Notes under the pieces: model-generated
What the model was told of the DNA's origin: nothing
The model's input: only the letters and a program-made list of their open reading frames with translations
Databases searched by the model: none
Assembly: GCF_030028105.1 (NCBI RefSeq)
Contig: NC_092384.1
Location: forward strand, 26,233,629 to 26,297,628
Length of the DNA stretch: 64,000 nt
Source: Mobula birostris
Taxonomy: Eukaryota
Direction: 5' to 3'
Shown here: piece after piece, positions 36,978-49,300 of the stretch
How positions within the stretch are numbered: the first letter of the stretch is position 1
Layout of the letters: each line of letters starts with the position of its first letter
Translations under genes and position numbers: made by a program

Positions 36978-37702
36978 CTGAATTCACAACATTAACAGAA
37001 TTCATCAAATGTCTATCCTGTTGTTCATGCAAACATTAAATTTCAGTGCATGAAATGGTGACCTGGTAGATGGCAATAATATTGACCTAAAATAAAGGCT
37101 GCCACACAAACCATTCTGTACCTTTCTCAATGGATTTGTGTTCTACCACATTAACATTCCCCAGAAGTTAGGAGAAGAACCAAGAGAATTAAGTGAGTAG
37201 TGACAAACAAAACTGACAGAGTGAACTGTAAGAACAAAGAATAAGAGACAATAGAAAGGCACTCAATCTCCAACAGACTCTCAGCCATACAGGAGACTCA
37301 CTCAATGGTAAAGTGAGGTTTAAGATTAATTTATTTCTAAAGGTGACAGAGCACAACAAAAGCATGTTCTGGGTGTAATGTCAGGGATATCCAAAATGAG
37401 TTCTACATTGCTAATTAGAGACTACTCTAACAAACTGCCTATGTACATTGAATGAGAGTATTGGCTTCACGGTAAACAAGAGCTGGTCACTTATTTTTCT
37501 TCCAGTGAAATATATTTTTGTAGGTTTCCTATGCGGAACCTGTACCATGCTCTCCCACTGGAGTCATAAATCCATTCAATATTCTTGGATAAAATGCAAC
37601 AGTCAACTGCGACTGAAGCAGTAGATAATTAGTCACGCTGAGAGCCTCAGACCAGGATTAATGCAGAGAGTGCAGAATTAAATGGAGATGGTTAATACCC
37701 AC

Positions 37703-37859
37703 CTGCAGCAGAAAATAGGGTCTTGCCCCTGCTCAGGGATGTAAAGTCGGCATTTGTGGTCACATCTCTAATGGCGTTGGAATCCAGTTCAGCTCTGATG
37801 GCACCGAAGCAGAGAATGAGCTGTAGAGCACAGCAGTAGAGCAGCATGGCATTAACCAT
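37703..37859 (-). CDS. agrp: Agouti-related protein copy 2, coding exon 1
   Basis: Reverse complement of 2670-2826; no differences seen. Confidence 0.88.
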
Positions 37860-39011
37860 GATACCTGCAGGATAATGGCACAACACTCAGCAGGGCAGCA
37901 ACACCCCACCACAAGAAAAATAATCTGTTTCTATTAATACACTGAGCAATAACCCTACTCTCTCTATCATCAGCGTATAACGCATCTGCTGAAGTTGGAT
38001 CTCAGAAATCGCTTTGATTTAATAATCTCCATTTACCTACAAGGAACAGCTCATGAAGTGAAAGTGAACTTTTTCCTTCCCCAGTCGGTGGTTGCTGAGA
38101 GCTGCTATTCTTTTTTGAACTCCTGTGTTCACAGTTCCTAGTTTGTATCGACTGGATTTATTAACTTCAACGTCACTCTGACGCCATCACTGAAATGGGA
38201 TTTGGATCCACCTTTAGCAATGTTTCTTTAAAGTCACCTAATTTCGTTTCATGTTAGTCCTGACTGAATGAATAGCATTCTCAGTCAGAAAGCTGTACAT
38301 TTGAGTCCTACTGCAGAGATCTGAGCACAAAATCCAACATGCCACTTTAGTACAATGCTGAAGAGCAGTGAACTATTAGAAGTCTTTTTTTTCCATAAGG
38401 CATTAATTCCATTTCAGGTCACAGGGTATTATCTGATGTGTTCTTCCCAGGCTCCTGAGTTGACCCAAGTTGTCCATGCCAGACAAGAAATTCATTTACA
38501 CTTTGGCCCTCATCCTGTCCTACACATCAACCTGTCCAAATGCTTCAAGAATGCTGGGATTGCATCCATCTCTACCTTCTTTTCCAGAGGCCCATCCACA
38601 TATTCACCACCCCGTGTGAAAAACATTCTCCTCAGATCTCCTTTAAACCTTTCCTTCCTCGCTTCAATCCATGTCCTGTAGTTTTAGAGTCCCCTACCTC
38701 TGGAAAAGTGCTGTGACTGTACCCAACCTCATCCCCTCATTCTTTCATAAACCCTTCAGATTGCTGCACTCCTGTGAGGACAATCCCAGCCTATCCAATT
38801 TTTCCTTATAACTAAAGACCTTCATTCCAGGGAACATCATGATGAACACCTCCTTCCTTCTTTCTGGAGCTGTTGCAATATCTGATAATAATGAGTGTCT
38901 ATTGTTGATGAGGTTGGGGGTCATTCACATTCTTGTGCTGATGTAGCAAATGCTATCAATTTCAGTGCTCCCACAGCTGATACATTAGTTAGTAATAGTT
39001 TTAACAGTTTT

Positions 39012-39985
39012 AGAATCAGAATCAGAATCAGGTTTATTATCACTGGCATGAGTCGTGAAATTTGTTCACTTAGCAACAGCAGTTCAATGCAATATATAAT
39101 ATAGAACAGAATCAATCAATCAATTACTATATATATATTGAATAGGTTAAAAATAATGCAAAAACAGAAATAATATGTATTTTAAAAAGTGAGGTAGTGT
39201 TCACAGGTTCAATGTCCATTTGGCAATTGGATGGCAGAGGGGAAGAAGTTGCTCCTGAATCGTTGAGTGTGTGCCCTCAGGCTTCTGTACCTCCTACCTG
39301 ATGGTAACAGTGAGAAAAGGGCATGGCCTGGGTGCTGGAGGTTAATAATGGACACTGTCTTTCTGAGACACCGCTCCTTGAAGATGTCCTGGGTACCTTG
39401 CAGGCTAGTACCCAAGATGAAGCCAACGAAATCTACAACCCTCTGCAGCTTCTTTCAATCCTGTGCAGTAGCCTCCCCATACCAGACAGTGATGCAGCCT
39501 GTCAGAATGCTCTCCATGGTACATTTATAGAGGCTTTTAAGTGTTTTTGTTGACATACCAAATCCCTTCAAATTCCTAATGAAGTATATTTTCTGTTTTG
39601 CCTTCTTTATAGCTGCATCAATATGTTAGGACCATGTGGGGTTCTCAGAGATCTTGACACCCAGGAACTTGAAACTGCTCACTCTCTCCATTTCTGATCT
39701 CTCAATGAGGATTGGTATGTGTTCCTTCATCTTACCCTTCCTGAAGTCCACAATTAGCTCTTTCATCTTACCGACATTGAGTACAAGGTTGTTGCTGCGA
39801 CACCACTCCACTGGTTGGCATATCTCGCTCCTGTACATCCTCTCGTCTCCATCTGAGATTCTACCAACAATGGTTGTATCATCAGCAAATTCATGGATGG
39901 TATTTGAGCTATGCCGAGCCACATAGTCATGTGTATATAGAGAGTAGAGCAGTGGGCTAAGCACACACCCCTGAGCTGCACCAGT
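39012..39985 (-). mobile_element. Rex1/Babar-like LINE fragment (mirror of 552-1517)
   Basis: ORF 39626-39964 with RT motifs; (ATTCTG)n tail. Confidence 0.8.
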
Positions 39986-40784
39986 GGCGATAGAATATCT
40001 ATCTCTCAGCTTTTATAGGAGGTAGATGTTCCCTTTAGCTGGGATTGATATTGAAGAAATGACAGAGATATATCGATAATTACATTGACTCCATGCCACT
40101 AGGTATTTAGATGATGTTATCAGGGATAATGAAGATGGATTCAAACACCGGGGTTCAATAGTGTAGTGATCAGAACTGCACTCATTGTTCACGTGTAGCC
40201 TAACCAACATCTTGTACATCTGCTTGTCCTCATCTAGGTGTAGGTGGGTTGATGGATGGAAATTTGGACAAAATGCGTGATGGTAGGATTAGGGTGGTTA
40301 GGTGATGGAAACATGATGTGGGGTGATCAGCCAGGCTTGATGAGTTGAAGAGCCTGTGCTGGATCTCTGTAGCCGTATGGAAATCACTGCCTGGGCAACA
40401 CGGAGTGGAAGCAAGATGTTGGACTTATCAAAGGCAGCACATTCTGAAATCAAACACTTTTTTTCTTAAAGATCTATAACTGACTGTAGATTACAGAATC
40501 ATAGTGTACCACAGCACAGAGACAGGCTCTTCGGCCCATCTAGACCATGCCGAGCTAGTAATTTACCTCGTTCCATTGACCTGCACCTGAGCCAAAGCCA
40601 TTCGTATCTCCACTATTCATGTACTTATCCAAATTTCTCTTGAATGCTGTTTGTTCCACACTCAGTCCCCTCTCTGATTGAAGAAATTCCCCCTCATTTC
40701 CCCACCACTTCCTCTGGCAGCTCATTACGCACTCTCACCACTCTGTGTGAAAAAGTGTCCCCTTAAATATTTCACCTTTCATCC

Positions 40785-40994
40785 CAGGAGCCACCCACTT
40801 CAACTCTGCCTCCCACTCCCATTCAGATATGTCCATACATGGCCTCCTCTACTGCCATGATGAGGCTAAACTCAGTTTGGAGGAACAACACCTCAAATAC
40901 CGTCTAGGTAGTCTCCAGCCCCTTGGTACGAACATAGAAGTTTCCAACTCGCGGTAATTCCCTCCCCCTCCATTCCCCATCCCTACGTCACTCT
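40785..40994 (+). mobile_element. Penelope-like 3' fragment replacing exon 7 of copy C
   Basis: ATHFNS..HSHSDMSIHGLLYCHDEAKL.LEEQHL..RLGSLQP; joins CR1 flank directly to intron 6. Confidence 0.8.
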
Positions 40995-41369
40995 GCAACT
41001 TCAAAGAGGTTGAAGTACTTTGAAAAGGTTTCATACCATGCAAGACGAGGCACCAGCTGCCCCAGCGCAGATCATGATATCAGGAACACTGCTACCCCAG
41101 TAGTTCCTGCAGTTCACGTTGGAGAGGAGAGGAAGAGCAGCTTGCTGAAGTTTGTTAGGTCGCTCAGCAACGTTAGATGATACTTCAATCAGTTATTCTT
41201 TTTTTTAAGGGTCATATTCCAATGAAAGTAAAAGGGTATATTTTCAGCCATTAGAAACCTTTTATAAACCTACTGATTGACTATACCTCTTTCCGGCCTG
41301 TCTCCCTTTTCTCAGTTCTTGTGCTTCCACTGTATCTATTGCCAGGATAAGGCTTTTCTTTCCAGGACA

Positions 41370-44300
41370 GGGAGGAGGTGAATGGCGAGGTGTAGCATTT
41401 CTGTTGCATGCAGGGATATGTGAGAGAGACTAGTGGGGAGGGCTGAATGGACAAAGGAATCATGGAGGGAGCAATCCCTATGAAACGCGGATAGTGGGGG
41501 AGGCGGGGTAAAGATGTGTTTGGTGCTAGGATCCCACTGAAGATGTGGAGAGTGGAGGGAAGGTAACGATGTGTTGGTGGTAGGATCCCTTTGCAGACGG
41601 CGGAAGTTGTGGAGAATGATGCGTTGGGTGCAGTGGCTCATGAGGTGACAGGTCAGGACAAGAGGAACTCTATCCCTGTTCAGGTGGCAGGAAGATGGGG
41701 TGGACGTGGATGTCTGGGAAATGGAGGAGATGCAGGTGAGGAAGAGAAACCCCGTTCTTTATCCTTATCCCTGGGACAGATGCGACAGAGGTGAAGGAAC
41801 TGAGCAAAGGGAATGGCGTTTTTACAGGAGATCGGGTGGAAATAGTATCGTCAAGATGGCCGTGGGAATCAGCAGGTTTATAAAAGATGTCAGTGGATAG
41901 TTGGTCTCCAGAAATGGAGACAGAGAGATCGAGACAGGGGAGGGAGGTGTCAGAAATGGACCAAGTGAATTTAAGGGTAGGGTGGAAGTTGAAGGCAAAG
42001 TTTATGAAATTGATGAGCTCAACATGAAGGTGTGAAGCAGCATCTATGCAGTTGTCAATGTAGTGCAGAAAGAGTTGGGGAGTTTGACCAGAGAAGGCTT
42101 GGAACATGGACTGCTCTACGCAGCCAATGAAAAGGTAGGCGTAGCTGGGGCCCATATAGGTACCCACGGCTACCCCTAGAGATTGGAAAAAGTGAGAGGG
42201 ACCAAAGGAGAAATTGTTAAGGGTGGGGACCAGTTCTGCCAGACAGGAGGGTATTGGTGGAGGGGAACTGGTTGGGTCTTTTGGAGGGAAACATACAGAG
42301 AACTTTAGGGCCTTCTTGATGGGGGATAGAAATTTATAGGGACTGGACATCCATGGTGAAAATGAGGTGGTCAGGGCAGGGAATTGAACATTATTGAGGA
42401 GATCAAGAGCATGAGAAGTGTTGCTGTGTTGATCTAGGAAGGGACTGAACCAAGGGGGATATAATGGAGTTGAGGCATGTGGACATGAGTTCAGTCGGGC
42501 AGGAGTTGGCAGAGGCAATGGTCTTATTAACATAGAAATATAGAAACATAGAAAATAGGTGCAGGAGTAGGCCATTCGGCCCTTCGAGCCTGCACCGCCA
42601 TTTATTATGATCATGGCTGATCATCCAACTCAGAACCCCGCCCCAGCCTTCCCTCCATACCCCCTTATCCCTGTAGCCACAAGGGCCATATCTAACTCCC
42701 TCTTAAATATAGCCACAGAACTGGCCTCAACTGTTTCCTGTGGCAGAGAATTCCACAGATTCACCACTCTCTGTGTGAAGAAGTTTTTCCTAATCTCGGT
42801 CCTAAAAGGCTTCCCCTTTATCCTCAAACTGTGACCCCTTGTTCTGGACTTCCCCAACATCGGGAACAATCTTCCTGCATCTAGCCTGTCCAATCCCTTT
42901 AGGATTTTATACATTTCAATCAGATCCCCCCTCAATCTTCTAAATTCCAACGAGTACAAGCCCAGTTCATCTAGTCTTTCTTCATATGAAAGTCCTGCCA
43001 TCCCAGGAATCAATCTGGTGAACCTTCTTTGTACTCCCTCTATGGCAAGGATGTCTTTCCTCAGATTAGGGGACCAAAACTGCACACAATACTCCAGGTG
43101 TGGTCTCACCAAGGCCTTGTACAACTGCAGTAGTACCTCCCTGCTCCTGTACTTGAATCCTCTCGCTATAAATGCCAGCATACCATTCGCCTTTTTCACC
43201 GCCTGCTGTACCTGCATGCCCACTTTCAATGACTGGTGTATAATGACACCCAGGTCTCGTTGCACCTCCCCTTTTCCTAATCGGCCACCATTCAGATAAT
43301 AATCTGTTTTCCTATTTTTGCCACCAAAGTGGATAACTTCACATTTATCCACATTAAATTGCATCTGCCATGAGTTTGCCCACTCACCCAACCTATCCAA
43401 TTCACTCTGCATCCTCTTAGCATCCTCCTCACAGCTAACACTGCCACCCAGCTTCGTGTCATCCGCAAACTTGGAGATGCTGCATTTAATTCCCTCATCC
43501 AAGTCATTAATATATATTGTGAACAACTGGGGTCCCAGAACTGAGCCTTGCGGTACCCCACTAGTCACCGCCTGCCATTCTGAAAAGGTCCCGTTTATTC
43601 CCACTCTTTGCTTCCTGTCTGCTAACCAATTCTCCATCCACATCAATATCTTACCCCCAATACCGTGTGCTTTAAGTTTGCACACTAATCTCCTGTGTGG
43701 GACCTTGTCAAAAGCCTTTTGAAAATCCAAATATACCACATCCACTGGTTCTCCCCTATCCACTCTACTAGTTACATCCTCAAAAAATTCTATGAGATTC
43801 GTCAGACATGATTTTCCTTTCACAAATCCATGCTGAGTTTGTCCAATGATTTCACCACTTTCCAAATGTGCTGTTATCACATCTTTGATAACTGACTCCA
43901 GCAGTTTCCCCACCACCGACGTTAGGCTAACCGGTCTATAATTCCCCGGTTTCTCTCTCCCTCCTTTTTCAAAAAGTGGGGTTACATTAGCCACCCTCCA
44001 ATCCTCAGGAACTAGTCCAGAATCTAATGAGTTTTGAAAAATTATCACTAATGCATCCACTATTTCTTGGGCTACTTCCTTAAGCACTCCAGGATGCAGA
44101 CCATCTGGCCCTGGGGATTTATCTGCCTTCAATCCCTTCAATTTACCTAACACCACTTCCCTACTAACATGTATTTCGCTCAGTTCCTCCATCTCACTGG
44201 ACCCTCTGTCCCCCACTATTTCTGGAAGATTATTTATGTCCTCCTTAGTGAAGACAGAACCAAAGTAATTATTCAATTGGTCTGCCATGTCCTTGCTCCC

Positions 44301-45155
44301 CATAGTCAATTCACTTGTTTCTGTCTGTAGGGGACCTACATTTGTCTTTACCAGTCTTTTCCTTTTTACATATCTATAAAAGCTTTTACAGTCAGTCACG
44401 TTTGTGGATCTTGGGTAGAAGGTAGAAACAAGCAGTGTGGGATAAGAGAACTATGAGTTTGGTGGCAGTGAATGTGAGGTCACAAAGTTGATGAGATCAG
44501 TGATGGCAACACTGAGGGTCCAGAATATGATCCTTTTCAAGGAGGTGTCTTGAGAGTTTCCGACTGGCATCAGCAAGGTCAAGGTCAGTCCGCCACACAG
44601 CAATAGCACCCTCTTTGACTGCAGGTTTGCTGGTAAGGTTGTGATTGGTGTGGAGAGAGTGGAGGGCAGTACATTCAGAGGGAGTAAGGCTAGAGCAGGA
44701 GGAGAGGAGTGCTGAAATTGTGGCGGTTGATGTTTCATTGGGAATTAGAGGTGAAAGATCTGGAGCTGGCAGAGAACTAAAGCGGGATGTCCAAGAGAAG
44801 GTGTAGGATTGGATATGGGAGAAGGGTCATTGGTGCAGGGTGGGGGAATCTTGCCAAAGAACTGGGCTTGGAGACGGAGGCGACAAAAGAGGACTTCAGC
44901 AACCTGCCAGGCACAGAACTCACTCTGATGCAGGCGAAGGAGGGCAACGTGAGACCTTTGCTGAGGACAGGACATTCCACCTCAGAGAGGGAAAGGTTGG
45001 AGGAAATAGGGAAGACATGGCAAGGATTCGAGCTGGGATTGGAAGGGGAGGAGAGCAGGGTGGAGTGTTAGGGTGTTCTGGGAAGGTTAGGTGGGAAGAA
45101 GATGGTGGCTCTGAGGACCCAAAAAGTGACGGGGGATCTTGAGAGACCTGGGGTT
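41370..45155 (-). mobile_element. Penelope-like element in intron 5 of copy C (longest version), interrupted by a young CR1
   Basis: VLSKGLT.. N-terminal region (44777-44980) and RT motifs in ORF 41670-42614. Confidence 0.8.
42527..44393 (-). mobile_element. Young 5'-truncated CR1 LINE with an uninterrupted 589-codon ORF2 (RT) remnant
   Basis: KSPGPDG, NYRPVSLTS, YLDFQKAFDKV, GVPQGSVLGP, KFADDTKL, RPHLEYCVQFWSP; (TTTCTATG)n tail. Confidence 0.95.
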
Positions 45156-48100
45156 GGAGAGAATTTCCTCCTCATCCCTGTTCTAAAGGAGCATTCTTCT
45201 ATTGTAAGCCTGAGCCCTCTGCTCTTAGACTCCTCCACTCTAGGAAACATCCTGTCCACGGCACTCTATCTAGGCTCCTAGGATTTGCCCCTCTCCTCCA
45301 TATAACCGATTCAGTCTGATTAAAAATAAAGTCAAAATGCCAGTAAATTTATCATGAAAGTGCGTACATATATGTTATCGTCTGCCGAATTGAGATTCAT
45401 TTTGATTGCAGGCATTTACAAGTACAATAGAAGTACGGAACATTGGATAATGAAGGATATTGAGGCCCTGTCCCTGGAGAAAAGGAGGCATGGGTTAGGT
45501 ACAAGCAGCTGGGTTCAAGCAAATCTCTGGAGGGATATAGAGCAAACAGGGGGCATGAGGGAACTTTGACAGAGAATATTAACAAAATTCTACAGAGATT
45601 GTATAAGTATATTAACGTAGAAACAGAATAAGGCCCCTCAAAAATCACAGAGACATATCTTTTTGTGGAGCCACAGGAGGCAGGCAAAGTTCTTAATGAA
45701 TATCTCTCCTCTGTTTTTTTTACCATTGAGAGTTGCATGAAACCTTAACAACTAAGAAATTTAAATGGAGTTGTCTTGGGGATAGTCTGCATTACAGTAG
45801 AAGGGTGCTGTATGACTTAAAAGGTAGGAAAGTAGACAAATCAACAGGTTTGACCAGGTTTATCAGAGAAGACTATGGGAAACTAGAGAAGAAATTGTGG
45901 GAGCCTTGTCTGAGATATTTGCATCATCGTTAGCCACAACTGAGGAGACAGTAGACAGGACAGTAGCAAATGTTGTGCCTTTATTTAAGAAGGGGGCAAA
46001 GAAAAACCTGAGAACTATAAAGCAGTAGGTCTAACATCTGTCAGTTACTGGAAAGGATTCTGAGAGACAAAATATATGTCAATCTGGAAAGTCAGGGATT
46101 GATTAGGTCAGTATGGTTTTGTGCATGGGAGATCATGTCTTACGAACTTGATTGAGTATGTGTCATAGAAAGTCTATGAGGGGAGGGTGGTAGATCTAGT
46201 TTCTATGGACTTCAGTGAGGCCTTTGATAAGGTTCCACATGGTAGGCTGCTCCGGAAGGTGAGATTACATAGAATGCAGAGAGATCTGGTTATGAAGTTA
46301 TTGTTCTATGAATTAGAAAGGTTTAGAAGGTTATGGGTCCATGGATTGGAAAGAGTTAGATTATGGGTCTATGGTTTTGAAAGATTTGGAAGGCTATGAG
46401 TCTGTGGATTGGAAAGGTTTAGAACGTTATGGGCCAAACATTGGCAAATGGCACTAAATTGGATGGAGTACCGTAGTCTGCTTGGACCAATTGGGCAGAA
46501 GGACCCACTTCCAATCTATATGACACTGTGAACACCCTATCGCTGGATCAGTTGTAGAAGCCCACAATATCCCTCTGATGAACAGAATTATCCTGTTCCT
46601 TGACCAGAGAAACTTGTTGCAGCCATGAAGTATTATTCATAGCATAACCTTCCAGATTGCCAATCATCTTGGGAATCTATCCACTGCTCCCTGTCAGGGT
46701 AAGGGTACAAAGGCACAGAGCTCGGAACTGCAACACTGTAATTTGTACAGTTTTGAACTGACGTACGGTAAGCACGAGTCCTTCCCCATCCCGTTGTGAC
46801 ACACATCATGCCAGCAGGGTAGTTATCAGATACAGCGGCGAGACAGACTGGCGACACATGACTGTTGAACTGAACGGGGTTTGCAAGCTTCACCACAGAA
46901 ACATCATAATTAATGGTGGATGGGTTCCACTTGGGGTGTGTAATGACCTGTAACAGAGAGAACATGGATGATGGCTGTGCCTAGTACTCATCTTTTAGAG
47001 TTGGCACTTGCTTGAAACCGATAACTTCAGACTCTCCTGGATCTCATGTCAATGCAGCTGCACTCATGAATGGGGAATTGCTTATTCAAAATAGAATTAA
47101 GAAGTCCTTCATTAGAAAACAAAGTCAGCAATTTAAAGAAAAATAGATAGACCTACAAGCTGGAAGTGGAAATAAGTGGCTGCATTCTGTGGTTTACCAT
47201 CACACTGGTGCTGTCGTCTTGCATAAAACATCTTCAGTTTTTCCTTTCTGAATTTGATTAACTTTTTTGGGATAATTAGTTTTTTTCAGTTGCCTAGACA
47301 CTTCAATCAAGCCAGCAGTTCATGTGCTCATTTCTAAACTCTATATGAGCAAAACAGCAATCACCTCAGCACAATAGACAACAATTTCTCATTGCATCTA
47401 CATCTGTCTCAGATGCTAATGAACTTCTTGCAAACCACTCAACACCAGGACACAACGATGGTCGGAAGACAAAAAGAAGATGCAAACATCATTCAGAAGT
47501 GTCAGCAATCAATCCCAAATCATTGATTCAAAATGGTTCTGCTTTGCAACGAATTAAGCAATCGTTGGTAATCTGTTGATACACCAACCTTATCTAGGAC
47601 AAGGAGACAAAGGGCAAATCATGTAGCGAAAAGGGTGCCAGTCCAGCTATCAGGCCAGAGAGGTTCAAACATTACCGTGTGTGCAGTCATATAGAAACTG
47701 GCATTCTGGCATACATCCCAAAGACTGGACCTTATACCAACCCACACATTATCAAATTCCCTGATGGGCTTTACAGGCAACCCTTAGTGAAAAGGACGCC
47801 AGGATCAATGGCCCACTCTATGCCATGCATTCCAACATGAAATGTCTAATCCGTTTGCTTCATGTTTGTACTTATGACTGAGTTTGTCTTTTCACTTACT
47901 ACACTGCAAGTAACATTTATTGCTGGAAGGCCCATGTGTCAGGGTATTGGGGCTAGTGCAGAGGAAAATTAATCTGATTAAAACTGGAGCCCCAATGCCT
48001 GAGGGAAGTGACGTGTAATAATTTTTTATCACCTTCGTCAGTACCTGAAATAATCTTGCTTTTGCTTATTATTGATATCTAGTGATTCTACTCTTGGTGC

Positions 48101-49300
48101 TATGAAGTTTATCATGGTGAGGCATATTCATATTGGAGATTGAAACCACTTTTGGTGTTGGACACCCCTTACTAAGATCCTGTGTCCTGTCTGTATGGTA
48201 TCCATCTCTGCACATCAACTTGGATCCTAACAGTATTGCCGCCCAAATTTGACCTGAATTTAAACAAATTCCTAGTTTTACAGGGAGATACGTACCTTAG
48301 CAATGGACATGGATTTCTGGCTGGCTTCAGCTTTTGAGCTTTTGTCATGGGCACCAACAATAGCAAAGTCGTTCGTACTGTATGTGGCAAAAGAAAAACA
48401 AAAGCAGTGACAGAGTTTGCTTGTTGCAAGATACCAGCAACTCCAAGCTTCATCAGTGGTGGGGTGGGGGGTGGTGTGGAGAGAAAATTGTACTTTCCAG
48501 TCAACGATTTCCCAAACTATTCATGCAAGGATCTTCCCTCGTTAGGTCAATGTTCATGCCCACAAGAGCAATTTTTCTTTGCCTCATACATCACTTTGAA
48601 CAAAAATATCAGTTAAAGCTGCATCATCCCTCAGGAATTAGAGAAGGATTCACCAGTACATTTCTTTCTCTCGTTGTAGGTGTTAAGACTTACCTCACTT
48701 CACAATGTGCAGCGGTGACAACCCAGTTTTCATTGATCAAGGAACTGCCGCGGAAATGCCGACCAGAGTCACTCTGTTACACGAGGAAAAAGGATGCTCA
48801 GTATTACCATAAAAACATCTTAAGTTTTTCTCCACCATACAGAAGTAGTTTTATTGAAAGTTGACAGTGACTCCAGATTGCAAATTGGGTAAAAGGAAAC
48901 AAGACTCATAATATAACAAGGAAGTTATCAAACGTCATTGGATCATGAATTCAAAGAAATTTGTTGAAGAAAAAAGTTCTAAAGATGCAATAAATAACTA
49001 CTGCAAAACTAAACTTTAATTTTAAATGAAACATATGATTAGAAATAGGGCTAATACTGTAATACCAAGAACAGTTAACTGGGATTTAGAAAATGATGTG
49101 GAAATCTGAAAAGTTGGATAAGAATTGCTTAAAAGGAGTTTGAAAAATGAATAAAAGATAATGTAAGGCAGTTTATGGGGATATAAGATATTTTCCTGAA
49201 GAATACTTAAAGTAAGGAGAGCCTGGAACCAATCTGAGATGAGAGACGGAGATGAATTGTGCGGGATGAAATGGCAGCAAGATATGAAGCACTGGATGGA

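Larger units (their letters stand above)
20321..40538 (-). repeat. Right arm of palindrome 1, with additional SINE, Tc1 and Penelope insertions
   Basis: Reverse-complement match to 1-16659 with scattered substitutions and arm-specific insertions/deletions. Confidence 0.95.
41037..48773 (-). pseudogene. Chymotrypsinogen copy C; partial (exons 3-6 only)
   Basis: Exons 48694-48773 (HFRGSS..TAAHCEV), 48296-48377, 46767-46947 and 41037-~41169 (acceptor removed by a 9-nt deletion). Exons 1, 2 and 7 are absent. Confidence 0.9.

Noticed and set aside
1-40538. Palindrome as a pure assembly or read fold-back artefact
   Set aside because: The arms differ by many substitutions and by arm-specific insertions with target-site duplications, and a unique spacer exists. 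Haplotype mis-joining still needs read-level exclusion.
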